The notes under the pieces are model-generated. The model saw only the letters and a program-made list of their open reading frames with translations. It had not been told where the DNA came from and ran no database searches. From Diplonema japonicum (taxonomy: Eukaryota; Protista; Euglenozoa: Diplonemea): a DNA stretch of 64,000 nt. Positions 37,624 to 47,628 of this stretch are shown here, one piece after another. The stretch lies in assembly GCA_964019335.1 (NCBI GenBank), contig OZ025728.1, positions 124,001 to 188,000 on the forward strand, in the 5' to 3' direction. Both the position numbers and the translations under genes were made by a program. The first letter of the stretch is position 1. Each line of letters starts with the position of its first letter.

Positions 37624-38130
37624 TATATGAGTTAAAGGAAGTCTTTGTGAGACGCCCCCTTGTTCTCATCTTCTACCTGCACCTATCCCCTTTCAGCAGC
37701 AGTTTCTCCTCCTTTGGTGGTCTTGCCGGCCTTCTCCCCAGCCGCTCTTTCTCTTCGTTCTCTTGCCCATTGTCCTTTCAACGCCTCTAGGTCATGCTTG
37801 GTCTTCGGTGATCCTGTTCCATCCGATCACCGCCTTTGTCCTCCCGATGGATCGTAGTGTGTGCACCCTTGTGCTCGGCTCAGCTGGGAAGGCCCTCCTT
37901 CCTTTCACCTTCTTCAGTACCCTTCCTAGCTCCCATGTGTGCCAGATTTTCTTCATCAATCCATGCAATCTCCTCGCTTTCTGCTGTACTTCTGCGAGAT
38001 CCCCCAGCTTCCCTCCAAGGGTCTTCCCGGTCACGTTCTCGAAATCCAGTGCCAGCTCCACCGTCGACTGTTCTTCCGTAGGACATCCCCTGCCGGTAGC
38101 TTGCCGAAGTCCTTGTCCCGACGGTACTGA
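37624..38130 (-). mobile_element. 3' fragment of LINE family 2
   Basis: STVELALDFENVTGKTLGG...RRAFPA...RVHTLRSIG..AVIGWNR is homologous to ORF 2163-2744. Its 3' end (ATATATGAGTTAAAGGAAGTCTTTGTGAGACGCCCC on plus) recurs at ~39604, 43717 and 44980. Confidence 0.75.
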
Positions 38131-38422
38131 AGAAAAAAACATCTTATCTTATTCCATATAAAGTTGGTAGGTCTTGAACTGGAAAGGCTTGAATGCACAT
38201 GCTTCGACCCATTACTACTATCAGATGTTTACCCTCACTTTCCCACACACCCCCCCCCAACAAAGAAAAAGAATCTGCTGATCGCTTGTGCAGCCTGAGT
38301 GGGGGGGGACCCATTGCCGCGCGAACTAAAAAAAGAATCACCCCAACTTTCTCGCAGTGGCAGTACCCCCTAAAAGTACTTCCCCACTAACCGAATGAAA
38401 CCAAAATTTAAAACCGTTACAG

Positions 38423-38454
<32 letters not shown>

Positions 38455-38612
38455 GCGATGTTTCCCCTGATCCCACTCGAGGACTACCCTAAGGGAGGGA
38501 GGGGTCTATCTTTTTAAAAAAGATATTTAAAAAAAAAAAAAACTCGATATAAAATTTCAGTGTGCATGGGGGTGCTCACTGTTCAAAAGAAATTCACACT
38601 AAAAAAAAAAAA

Positions 38613-38946
38613 GAGACTATTTAAGGGTGCCTGCAGTATGTGGCAGGGCGCCCTGCACAAGCATTGTCTACTTGACTAGGGGGGCAGCTTCTTCTGCGTT
38701 CGGCGCACCTCGGCCTAGCTGTAGCTTCTTCTGCGTTCCGCGTCGTGTCCTTTATGCGTGCGGTGTGCAACTCAACCCCAGCCATGGCGCCCCTGGTAAC
38801 CAAGATTCTGCGCTCGTGCAGTTTACTGCCTGTTCGTCACCCTGAGCATCTGCGTTACGTTCTTCCACTCGCACGCTACCGGTGATGACCGACGAGGAGG
38901 TCAACAGCGAACAACATTTCCATATTTCCGTGTTATCCCCACCACC
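38613..38946 (-). repeat. SINE-like dispersed repeat, copy 2
   Basis: Near-identical core to ~10947-11198 and ~47335-47585. Confidence 0.8.
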
Positions 38947-39950
38947 AAGAAAAGAACTTTTTTTTTTTTCTAAACGAAGGTTGGCGAGGGTAAAAACATC
39001 CCTGTTACGTAATTCGAAGCACAAAAAAAAAAAAAATGACTTCTGGGGGTCATCTCACGGGTGGGCATGGATGTTGTCCCCATTTAGTAAAAGTAGAGAG
39101 GTAGGGGGGGGGACAGAAGCAATTTAACATCAACAGTGTGGAGAGGTTGATTTATGATGAAACTCTCCATAGGCCGGGCTCCCCACTCCCCATTCCCTTT
39201 CGCTTGTGTTTCAAAAAAGAAATTCAAATTAACATGCAAGCCCCCGCTGGTATGGTACTAGGTATATCTCAGTTCGGACAAATCTCGCGACTCCTCCAGG
39301 TGCTGTCCTCTTCAGGCGAGAGGCACCCTTCAATGGCTCCTACTAGCGTCCCAGCAGGTTGAGAGTACTTTTCCCGACCAAAAAAAAAAAAAAGCCGACA
39401 AAAAAAAAAAAAAAGAATTCACCACGATAGCTAGCAACGGACTGGTGAAAAGTAAACTGAAAAAGTAGTTTCTTCTATGTTGTAATTGATGCAAGTCATG
39501 TTCGGTGTGTACAGACTTGCTTTTTAACCATTAAAGGGCTGGGGGGGGGGGGGTTTTTTTTTGACCAAAAAGGTTTCAAGGATGCAGGGATGATGGAAAG
39601 AAAATATATGAGTTAAAGGAAGTCTTTGTGAGACGCCCCCTTGTTCTCATCTTCTTCCTGAACCTATCCCCCTTCAGTAGCGGTTAAAAAAAAAGAAATG
39701 TGAGAGTTTAACCGCTGCGAAAACGCGATGCTGAGGGTCACAAAAAAAAGTATCTCATAAAATATAATTTTTCATAAGGGCGCATAAGATAGACTGGCAA
39801 AGAAAAAAAAAACAAAAAGGATAAAAAGATGAAGAATTTTAATTTAATTCAAAGAGGAAAGAAAATATTGGTTATCCATGCGGCTCTTCAGCTCCCCCCC
39901 CCCTTTTTTTCTTTTTTTCTTATCTTTTTTTTTTTTTTTTCTTTGGGAAA

Positions 39951-40333
39951 AAAACACCGTTCACGGAAAGCAAATAACTTTGTTCCACCGTTTCCTTTAA
40001 CTTAAAAAAAAACTTTTTTTCCAAGATCCACGTGGGCCCGGCAATTTGGGGGCAAAGTCCAGTGGCAGAGTCAGGGATTTTATCACTCGTAGAAGTGATC
40101 TTTGCATCTCGGCGGACCCACTCTATGCAGGAAAGGATGTTCAGGCCACGTGCCTCAACCTGTGAAAGTAAGGTGCGAAGTTTGATACCTTGTTGTGGCT
40201 CTCGACAAAATTCGGACGACAAGTACTTTTGCACGGCTCTCGGCTTTTTTAGACGAGGCATTCTTACATTGCCGATCTTGAAACGAGAAAAAAATTCACT
40301 ATGATAGGAACGAAGTGCTTAGCAACGGCCCGC

Positions 40334-40371
<38 letters not shown>

Positions 40372-40400
40372 TTATTTGCTTACCCGTGAACGGTGTTTTT
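39951..40400. mobile_element. MITE-like element with ~28-bp TIR
   Basis: AAAACACCGTTCACGGAAAGCAAATAAC versus GTTATTTGCTTACCCGTGAACGGTGTTTT; no clear TSD. Confidence 0.65.
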
Positions 40401-40408
40401 TGTTCTTC

Positions 40409-40443
<35 letters not shown>

Positions 40444-40446
<3 letters not shown>

Positions 40447-41906
40447 TTAAAGGACAAAGCGCTAGATATCTAGCGATCAAAAAATTAAAATTTTTGTATA
40501 GGCATTTTAAATACCATAAACCCTTACCCTTGCACAGAATGACCTAGTTCCGCGATTTCTTTTCCATCGAAAATCACTTTTGGCCCCTAGATTAACCTCC
40601 AAAAACACCCTCGAAACCAGTTTTTGGTGGCACGGAATCTCAGCAGTACTGATTCAGACGAGTTCGGGAGTGCCCAAGGAGACATTCTCACTGACGATGG
40701 GACTTCACCTAGCCCTGGGAGAGCGATATTACGCAGGTTACGCGTAAGAAGTGACAGGACACAGGGGGGGCAGAAATCACCCTTTTCCCACATGAGTGCA
40801 TCAAGGATTTCCAAGCTGTTCATCTCAATGGGGTTTGTGAAATCTCTTTGCACCGTTTGCAAATACCACAACCCCGACTTTGACTTCACTGTAGACGATA
40901 CCTATCAGTTTGTGGCCTGGTGGGTGCTCATGGACATCATCCGCAAGGCTGGCATAAAAGATTACTGGCCGACCATTTGTGCCCTCGCCACACCTTTTTT
41001 TTTTGGCAAGTGTAATGAAACGTTACTGCTTTTGCGCTTACAGCGGTCGTTGCATTTTGGAGGGGTGAGGAGACAGACAGGTTGATCTACTGTAAAGACC
41101 TTGCTAATACCATTGTAAAAGCGTGAAATAGCAATCAAACACAGCACTGTGGACCCCGATGTGAGGTATCTCAGCACTTGGCATATTACCTTCCCATTTG
41201 GTGAAGGATCGAGGTCATTGTAGGGGGGTGCTGGTGTTTGGGAGCCCTGACTCGCGTGCAGGATTGGCGTACCACGTGATCACTGCAGAAGCACCAATGC
41301 TTATGATGCCAAAAAATCGCCAGAATGTACCTAATCTTGCCTGACTTCACCAAAGGTCACTGGTCCAAAAAACTAGATGCAGCAAGACAATGCACACACC
41401 ACATGCGTGTTTTGGGGGTCCGGGTGCAAACTATCTTCATCTGCAAGGCTTGTACCGTGCATCTGTGCCCAGCTTGCTTTGCGGACTATCACGAACCAGT
41501 GGTTTACCCACCCCAATCTACCCCCTCTGGAGGCCCGGCCACACCGAAGGAACGCCTAAGGTACCAGCGTCTCCAAACACATACCCTTCTCCCCAGGTCG
41601 TCATCTGAGCCAAGTCCCAAAAGCAAAACCCCCCCTAGCACCCCGAGGCCCAAGCGAAAAAGGTAAGGAAGTATCTAACCTATGGGTGGGTTTTTACAAT
41701 AAATTTCACTTCAATTCCTTATTCTATTCACTTCCCAGGGCCTTTGAGGGGCGTCTGGGGGTGTTTTTTGTCCCTCCTGGGTGATGTATTTTCTTTTACA
41801 CAGCGTCGTTCTATGGTTGCGTGCTCGAGGATGTTTTAATTTTAGAAAATAAAAAAGTCGATGGTGACCTTTTTTTTTTTGCCCAAAAACCCCCGTCCTT
41901 TAATGG
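40444..41906 (+). mobile_element. Internally deleted piggyBac transposon
   Basis: TTAA|CCATTAAAGGAC...GTCCTTTAATGG|TTAA. N-terminal remnant QFVAWWVLMDII..IKDYW..LHF and C-terminal Cys-rich domain TIFICKACTVHLCPACFADYH. Confidence 0.9.
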
Positions 41907-42127
41907 TTAAATTCTTTTTTTGCCCTCATTATTTTAAAAGAGCAAAGCTCAGAGTTTTTTTTTTATCTATTAAGGCTCAACGACCAGTAGACGGCTCACA
42001 TCTCAAGGAGAGAGAAACAAAAAAAAAAACTTTTTGACTTTTAACGTCAAGGTGGCAAATCGAACAAACGCTCCAACTGTACCATAAAGTACAAACGGGT
42101 TGGGGGGGTGTTTGTATGCGGCATCAC

Positions 42128-42161
<34 letters not shown>

Positions 42162-42166
<5 letters not shown>

Positions 42167-42256
42167 TTTATTAAATGAAAATCAGATGGCCTGATTTCAC
42201 GCGTGGGGTCCCCTTTTTGACTCGTTTTTTTACTTCACGAGCTGCTCAGAATTAAA
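42162..42256 (-). mobile_element. Helentron-like element, copy 3 (ends only)
   Basis: AGCTATTTATTAAATGAAAATCAGATGGCCTGATTTCACGCGTGGGG...GAGCTGCTCAGAATTAAA between A-runs. Confidence 0.5.
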
Positions 42257-42446
42257 AAAAAAAAAAAAAAAAAAACAGGTTCGGGCACACCGAAATTTAT
42301 CAAATCTTTTTTTGTTCTGCACACCTCCCGTCCCCCCCACCAGTTCTCTTCAAGTACATCAGTACAAAAAACGCTGAGGAGGAGGGGGGTGTGCGCCCAC
42401 TGATGTCTTATGACAAAACTGCATCACCGCCAACTCTCGACGCCAA

Positions 42447-43232
42447 TTATCGAGCGAATGACAAGAGCCGTTCCTTTGCAGCCGCAATAAAGGAGACATT
42501 GGCGACAAAAGCGATGTACCCTGCGACACAGAGCGGGAGCACAATGAGCAAAAGCGCTAGCTCCTGGACCATCTTCCTTGACAAGAAGAGGTGGAAGCAG
42601 AGGGAGATCACAACCTTGAATAAGAGAATAGAGGTGTCGGTGTGGCTCCCCATCGCGAAACCGAGACACATGAAGCACAACAACCCGAAGCAAAAACACC
42701 CCACAGCACCCTCCGCCATATGCGAGAACGTGAAGCATTCCTCTGCTGGGTACAACCACAGCCTTCCGTCCCCATTACACACAATCCTCGAGAGAAACAT
42801 TTGCATAGCAGGGAAGCTCACGGCGGGCGAAGCACTTGCGCGAATTATCTTTTTCAACGGGTTTCTATCTGTGGTGGTGAAGAATGTCACGAAACTGCTC
42901 GTTAACACCATTCCGGAGGCAACCCAAAAAGCCGCTCGAGCAGGGGGCTCTGGTAGGTTGTACAATTCAGGGTCCCACAGGAATCCTAGAAGGAACAGGT
43001 AGGCACCTTTCCCAATCCACCCGTTCCACCCGAAGTGCGGGTTCAGGATCAGCGAGATGGGTTGAAGAACTTCCAAGGCTGACGACACCTTAGCCATTGC
43101 GTTTGACCATATGCTTTCTTCTTCTGCCGACCGGAAGTATGTCTCACTTACGTCTTCTTCTTCTGGACTGCTTGTTTCTTCCATCTCTACCTCCATGGCC
43201 ACAAGGGCTGTATCATCCCCGTTTGAGTTCAT
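42447..43232 (-). CDS. Multi-pass membrane protein of unknown family, paralog 1
   Basis: Acidic N-terminus followed by ~6-7 hydrophobic segments; core nearly identical to 45054-45884; first ATG at 43232. Confidence 0.7.
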   Translation of the reverse strand: MNSNGDDTALVAMEVEMEETSSPEEEDVSETYFRSAEEESIWSNAMAKVSSALEVLQPISLILNPHFGWNGWIGKGAYLFLLGFLWDPELYNLPEPPARAAFWVASGMVLTSSFVTFFTTTDRNPLKKIIRASASPAVSFPAMQMFLSRIVCNGDGRLWLYPAEECFTFSHMAEGAVGCFCFGLLCFMCLGFAMGSHTDTSILLFKVVISLCFHLFLSRKMVQELALLLIVLPLCVAGYIAFVANVSFIAAAKERLLSFAR

Positions 43233-43365
43233 GTTATCTGTGGTGTATAACACCTGTGTGTGTATGGATAGATGGCGCGCTGGATGAATGAAACAATTTT
43301 TCTTTTCTTTTTTTCTTTTTTTCTTTTTTTCTTTTTTTTTTTTTTTTTTCCTTTCTGCGTCAGCA

Positions 43366-43401
<36 letters not shown>

Positions 43402-44154
43402 GCTAAAAATGGTTATCTTCTTTCATTTTTTTTACAGTTAAGTTGGTTTCTTCTTTCTTTTTTTTTCTTTTTTTTTTTTTCTCTTTTTTTGAGTCCGCGG
43501 TGCACAGAAAAAAACTCAAAGTGCAGGACAAACCCCCTCATGGAGGGCCGCCCTTGGCAAAAAAAAAAGAAAGAAAAAAAAAGGGGGGGGGAGAAAAAAA
43601 AAGAAGCCAGTAGGATAGGGGGTAGAAAACCCTGTGATAGCTCTTTTGCTCAAAAGAATCTTGAAATCCTTGAGACGCCCTTTTGTTTCCTGCACTTTAA
43701 AAAAAAAAGAAAAAATATATATGAGTTAAAGGAAGTCTTTGTGAGACGCCCCCTTGAAAAAAAAAGGAGATAGAGAGGTAAGTTCAGGCAGATATCAGAC
43801 CTGTTAATGCGTGCCTTCAACTGTATTGATGTTTTATTTTATTTTTTTCAAAAATAAGGGGGGGGGGAATGATAATGGTTATCCATATGATATTCAAATT
43901 TTTTTGTTCCCACCCCTGGAAGAAAAGCTCTGTGTTTTCTACCTTAAAGCTCAACGACCAGAAGCGGCGCACTATCACTGTCGGAAAAAGAAAAAAAAAG
44001 GGGGGGGTGAAAGATTTCCACCTTCGTCATAATTTCATTCCCCTTCATTTTTTTTCTTTCTCGGCTAGATTACCTTTTTAGAAAAAAAAAAAAAAAAAAA
44101 AAAAAACCCTAGTTAAAGAGAGAAAAAACATGTTATTAAATAATCATTTTTTTC

Positions 44155-44185
<31 letters not shown>

Positions 44186-45053
44186 TCTCAACAACGAGGA
44201 TAACCGTTGCTGGGTGGGGGAGGGTGGAGGGAGAGAGGAGGAAGAAAAAAAAAAAAAAAAAAAAAAAGAACTCTCTTTAGTCAGTTTAGTTTTGCGCAGG
44301 GGTGGGGGGAAGAAAAAAAGAAGAAAAAAACTTTTTTTTCCACGCTTCTCAGCGTCACCGAAATGTACCTGAGCTGGCCAAAAAAGAAAAGGACCACACA
44401 CACAAAAAGTATAAAACTTCGGAAGGGGGAAAAAGCTGGAATTTTTTTTCTTTTCTTTTTTTCCTTTCTTTCTTCCCCCCCCCCCCATAAAACAAACCTG
44501 GCTAAAGAAAATGAAAAAGCTCGTTTTGATGCACGAGCTGGAATTTTACAGCACGTTGCGGGCGCCATCAACCAGTTTAGCTTTGAATATCGTTTAAAAA
44601 AAAAAAAAGGAGGAGAGAGGACAAACTAATGTTAAAAGAGGAACTAGGCGGCTTCTCTAGCAACAAGTAAATATTTTTTTGCATAAAAAAAATAATAATA
44701 ATAATTAAGATAAGATAATAAAAAAAAAAAAAGATGTCTTTGAGGGAACCTGCAGTATGTGACAGGATCGCCTTAAAAAAATATTAAAAAAAAGCACGGC
44801 ATGAAATTTCAAACTTTTCAGAGGGAGGTTTCCCTTTCCCCCCCCCCTTTTTTTTCCTTCACAGATGTTTCAGAAGGGGAAAAAAGAGTTTTTCTCTTGC
44901 CCCAAAAGGAAAAAAAAGGGGGGAGGTGTGACTTTTTTTTTTTGTTTTATTTTGTTTAAAAAAAAAAAAAAAAAAACAAATATATGAGTTAAAGGAAGTC
45001 TTTGTGAGACGCCCCTTTAACAAACAAAAGGAGATAAAATCTTTTTTTGGATT

Positions 45054-45884
45054 TTATGAAATAGTTATTTGCTTGTTGTCACCGTTCATGAATAATAGAA
45101 GCTGTTCCTTTGCAGCTGCAATGGAGGAGACATTGGCGACAAAAACGATGTACCCTGCGACACAGAGCGGGAGCACAATGAGCAAAAGCGAGAGCTCCTC
45201 GATCATATTCTTTGACAAAAGAAAATGGAAGCACAAGGAGCTCACAACCTTGAATAAGAGCACGGAGATGTCGATGTGGTTCCCCATCGCGAAACCGAGA
45301 CACATGAAGCACAACAACCCGAAGCAAAAACACCCCACAGCACCCTCCACCATATGCGAGAACGTGAAGCATTCCTCTGCTGGGTACAACCACAGCCTTC
45401 CGTCCCCATTACACACAATCCTCGAGAGAAACATTTGCATAACAGGGAAGCTCGCGGGCACTGCAACTTCACGAATTACATATATCAACGGGTTTCTATC
45501 TGTGGTGGTGAAGAATGTCACGAAACTGCTCATTAACACCATTCCGGAGGCAACCCAAAAAGCCGCTCGAGCAGGGGGCTCTGGTAGGTTGTACAATTCA
45601 GGGTCCCACAGGAATCCTAGAAGGAACAGGTAGGCACCTTTCCCAATCCACCCGTTCCACCCGAAGTGCGGGTTCAGGATCAGCGAGATGGGTTGAAGAA
45701 CTTCCAAGGCTGACGACACCTTAGCCATTGTAGAGCAGCATGTCAGCTCTTCTTCTGATTCTGCTGATTGGAAGTACGCTTCCTCCACGTCTTGCTTTCC
45801 TGTCGATCGAAAGTAGGCCCCCTTCGTCGGGAGCTCGTCTTCCGTGCTCTCTAGGGACACAAGGATCGTGCCTTCACAGTTCAT
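45054..45884 (-). CDS. Multi-pass membrane protein of unknown family, paralog 2
   Basis: 276-aa ORF; frame is conserved with paralog 1 despite divergent patches. Confidence 0.72.
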   Translation of the reverse strand: MNCEGTILVSLESTEDELPTKGAYFRSTGKQDVEEAYFQSAESEEELTCCSTMAKVSSALEVLQPISLILNPHFGWNGWIGKGAYLFLLGFLWDPELYNLPEPPARAAFWVASGMVLMSSFVTFFTTTDRNPLIYVIREVAVPASFPVMQMFLSRIVCNGDGRLWLYPAEECFTFSHMVEGAVGCFCFGLLCFMCLGFAMGNHIDISVLLFKVVSSLCFHFLLSKNMIEELSLLLIVLPLCVAGYIVFVANVSSIAAAKEQLLLFMNGDNKQITIS

Positions 45885-47217
45885 TATTATTATTATTTTT
45901 TTTTTTCCGGCGGAAAAAAAAAACTGTGTTTTTTTTTGGGGGGGTTCATGTTTCAGGGGATTTGAGAAAAGAAATGGAAAGAAGAATTCAAAAGAAAAGA
46001 ATGGGTTAAAAAAAAAACAAAAAAAAAGCTTGTTTTTTTTTTTTTTTTTTTCTTCTTTCTGATTTCTGGGGGATTAATATCAGAGGAATACAACCGTTCT
46101 CACGAGAAAGAAAGGGGGGACAAAAAGAAACTGAGGGGGGGGGGGGGGGGGGGGGGAAGAGAGAACAATTTAAAAAAAAAAAAAAAGGATCGTTGCTAGC
46201 GCATAATGGTTGCAAACTTCTTTTTCTAATGAAAGAGAAAATTCGTAACACAAAACGCAGTCAACATTCTTTTTGATGAAGTTCTTAATACCACAGTATA
46301 CCTGTCATCATATAGGAAAAGGGAGAATGGGGGGCGTGCCGCTTTGCAACGAGTGCAGGTTTGATAATAACACAAGCAACAGAAATTGGATAAAAAAAAA
46401 GGATGGTCTACATAAGTTTTTTTTCTTTTTTTTTTTTTTTTCCCTTGGCGGCGTCCTGTAGAATAAAAAGAAAACAAAAAAAAAAAAAGAAATAAGAAGG
46501 GGAAAGAAAAGTCTGTTCGGGAAGATGTCACAAAGGACAACGAAACCACTTTAACAGAGAAGGTTGTCAGCAACAACATATCTTTCTTTTTTTCTTTTTT
46601 TTTTTTTTTTTCTTTCGCACAAAAGACGCGGCCAACTTCTAAACTAATCCACAAAAAAAAAAAAAAAAAAACTTTCGATCTTTTAACGTCACCACAGTCG
46701 GCTCCAAGTGTACATAAAGTACATGGGGGTAGGGTTTGCGTAGTCACACAAAACTGATATGGCGTGCCTTTTTTTTCCGAAGCCAAACGCACTCCAAGTT
46801 ACCCCTGTTATGAGTGGAGGGATTTTCCAGAAATGACTCGCTGAAGGGGAGGTGTCGTAACCCACCTAGACCCGGCCAAAGGTCTTGCTGCCCCATTTGA
46901 AGAAAAATTGACATTTGAGGAGAGAGGCAAGTTGACGTACAAAGTAATAAGGAATAAATTTTGTTGAAACTCAAGGAATAAAACAAAAAAACAAAAAAAG
47001 AAATAGTATTAAAAAAAAGGGGGGGGGGATAAAAAACACGTGCACAGGGCGATTTTGTGAATTGTAGAAAAGGGTAAAAAATTTGATTTTTTTAAAAAAA
47101 AAAAGAGGAACTAGCCGTTGTTATTGTACGTGCCGGGTAAAACCTTGAGAAGTTTGTCAACCCGAAACACGTTGCCAACGTCCCCCTTTTGTTTAGACAA
47201 GTCAAAGACTCGTTCTT

Positions 47218-47267
<50 letters not shown>

Positions 47268-47271
<4 letters not shown>

Positions 47272-47585
47272 GATGATTTAAAGGAAGCCGGTGGGGGCAC
47301 CCTGCACAAGCACCATTTACTTAATTACAGGGGGCGCTCCTCGGCCTAGCTGTAGCTTCTTCTGCGTTCCGCGTCGTGTCCTTAATGCGTGCGGTGTGCA
47401 GCTCAACCCTAGCCGGGGCGCCCCGGGTAACCAAGATTCTGAGCCCGTGTAGTTTGCTGCCTGTTCGTCACCCAGAGCATCTGCTTCTTCCACTTGGGCG
47501 CTACCGGTGATGACCGACGGGGAGGTCAACAGCGAACAACACATCTGATGTACTTCTTTATATTTCCATGTTATCCCCACCACCT
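47268..47585 (-). repeat. SINE-like dispersed repeat, copy 3 (just downstream of the 47629 stop)
   Basis: Same core and boundary as copies 1 and 2. Confidence 0.8.
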
Positions 47586-47628
47586 GAAAAAAAAAGAAAG
47601 AAAGGAAACGCATCTAATCCCGTGCCAA

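Noticed and set aside
39524-39540. Additional piggyBac elements from TIR-like ends at ~39524 and ~62036
   Set aside because: Solo ends with no matching partner or transposase remnant.
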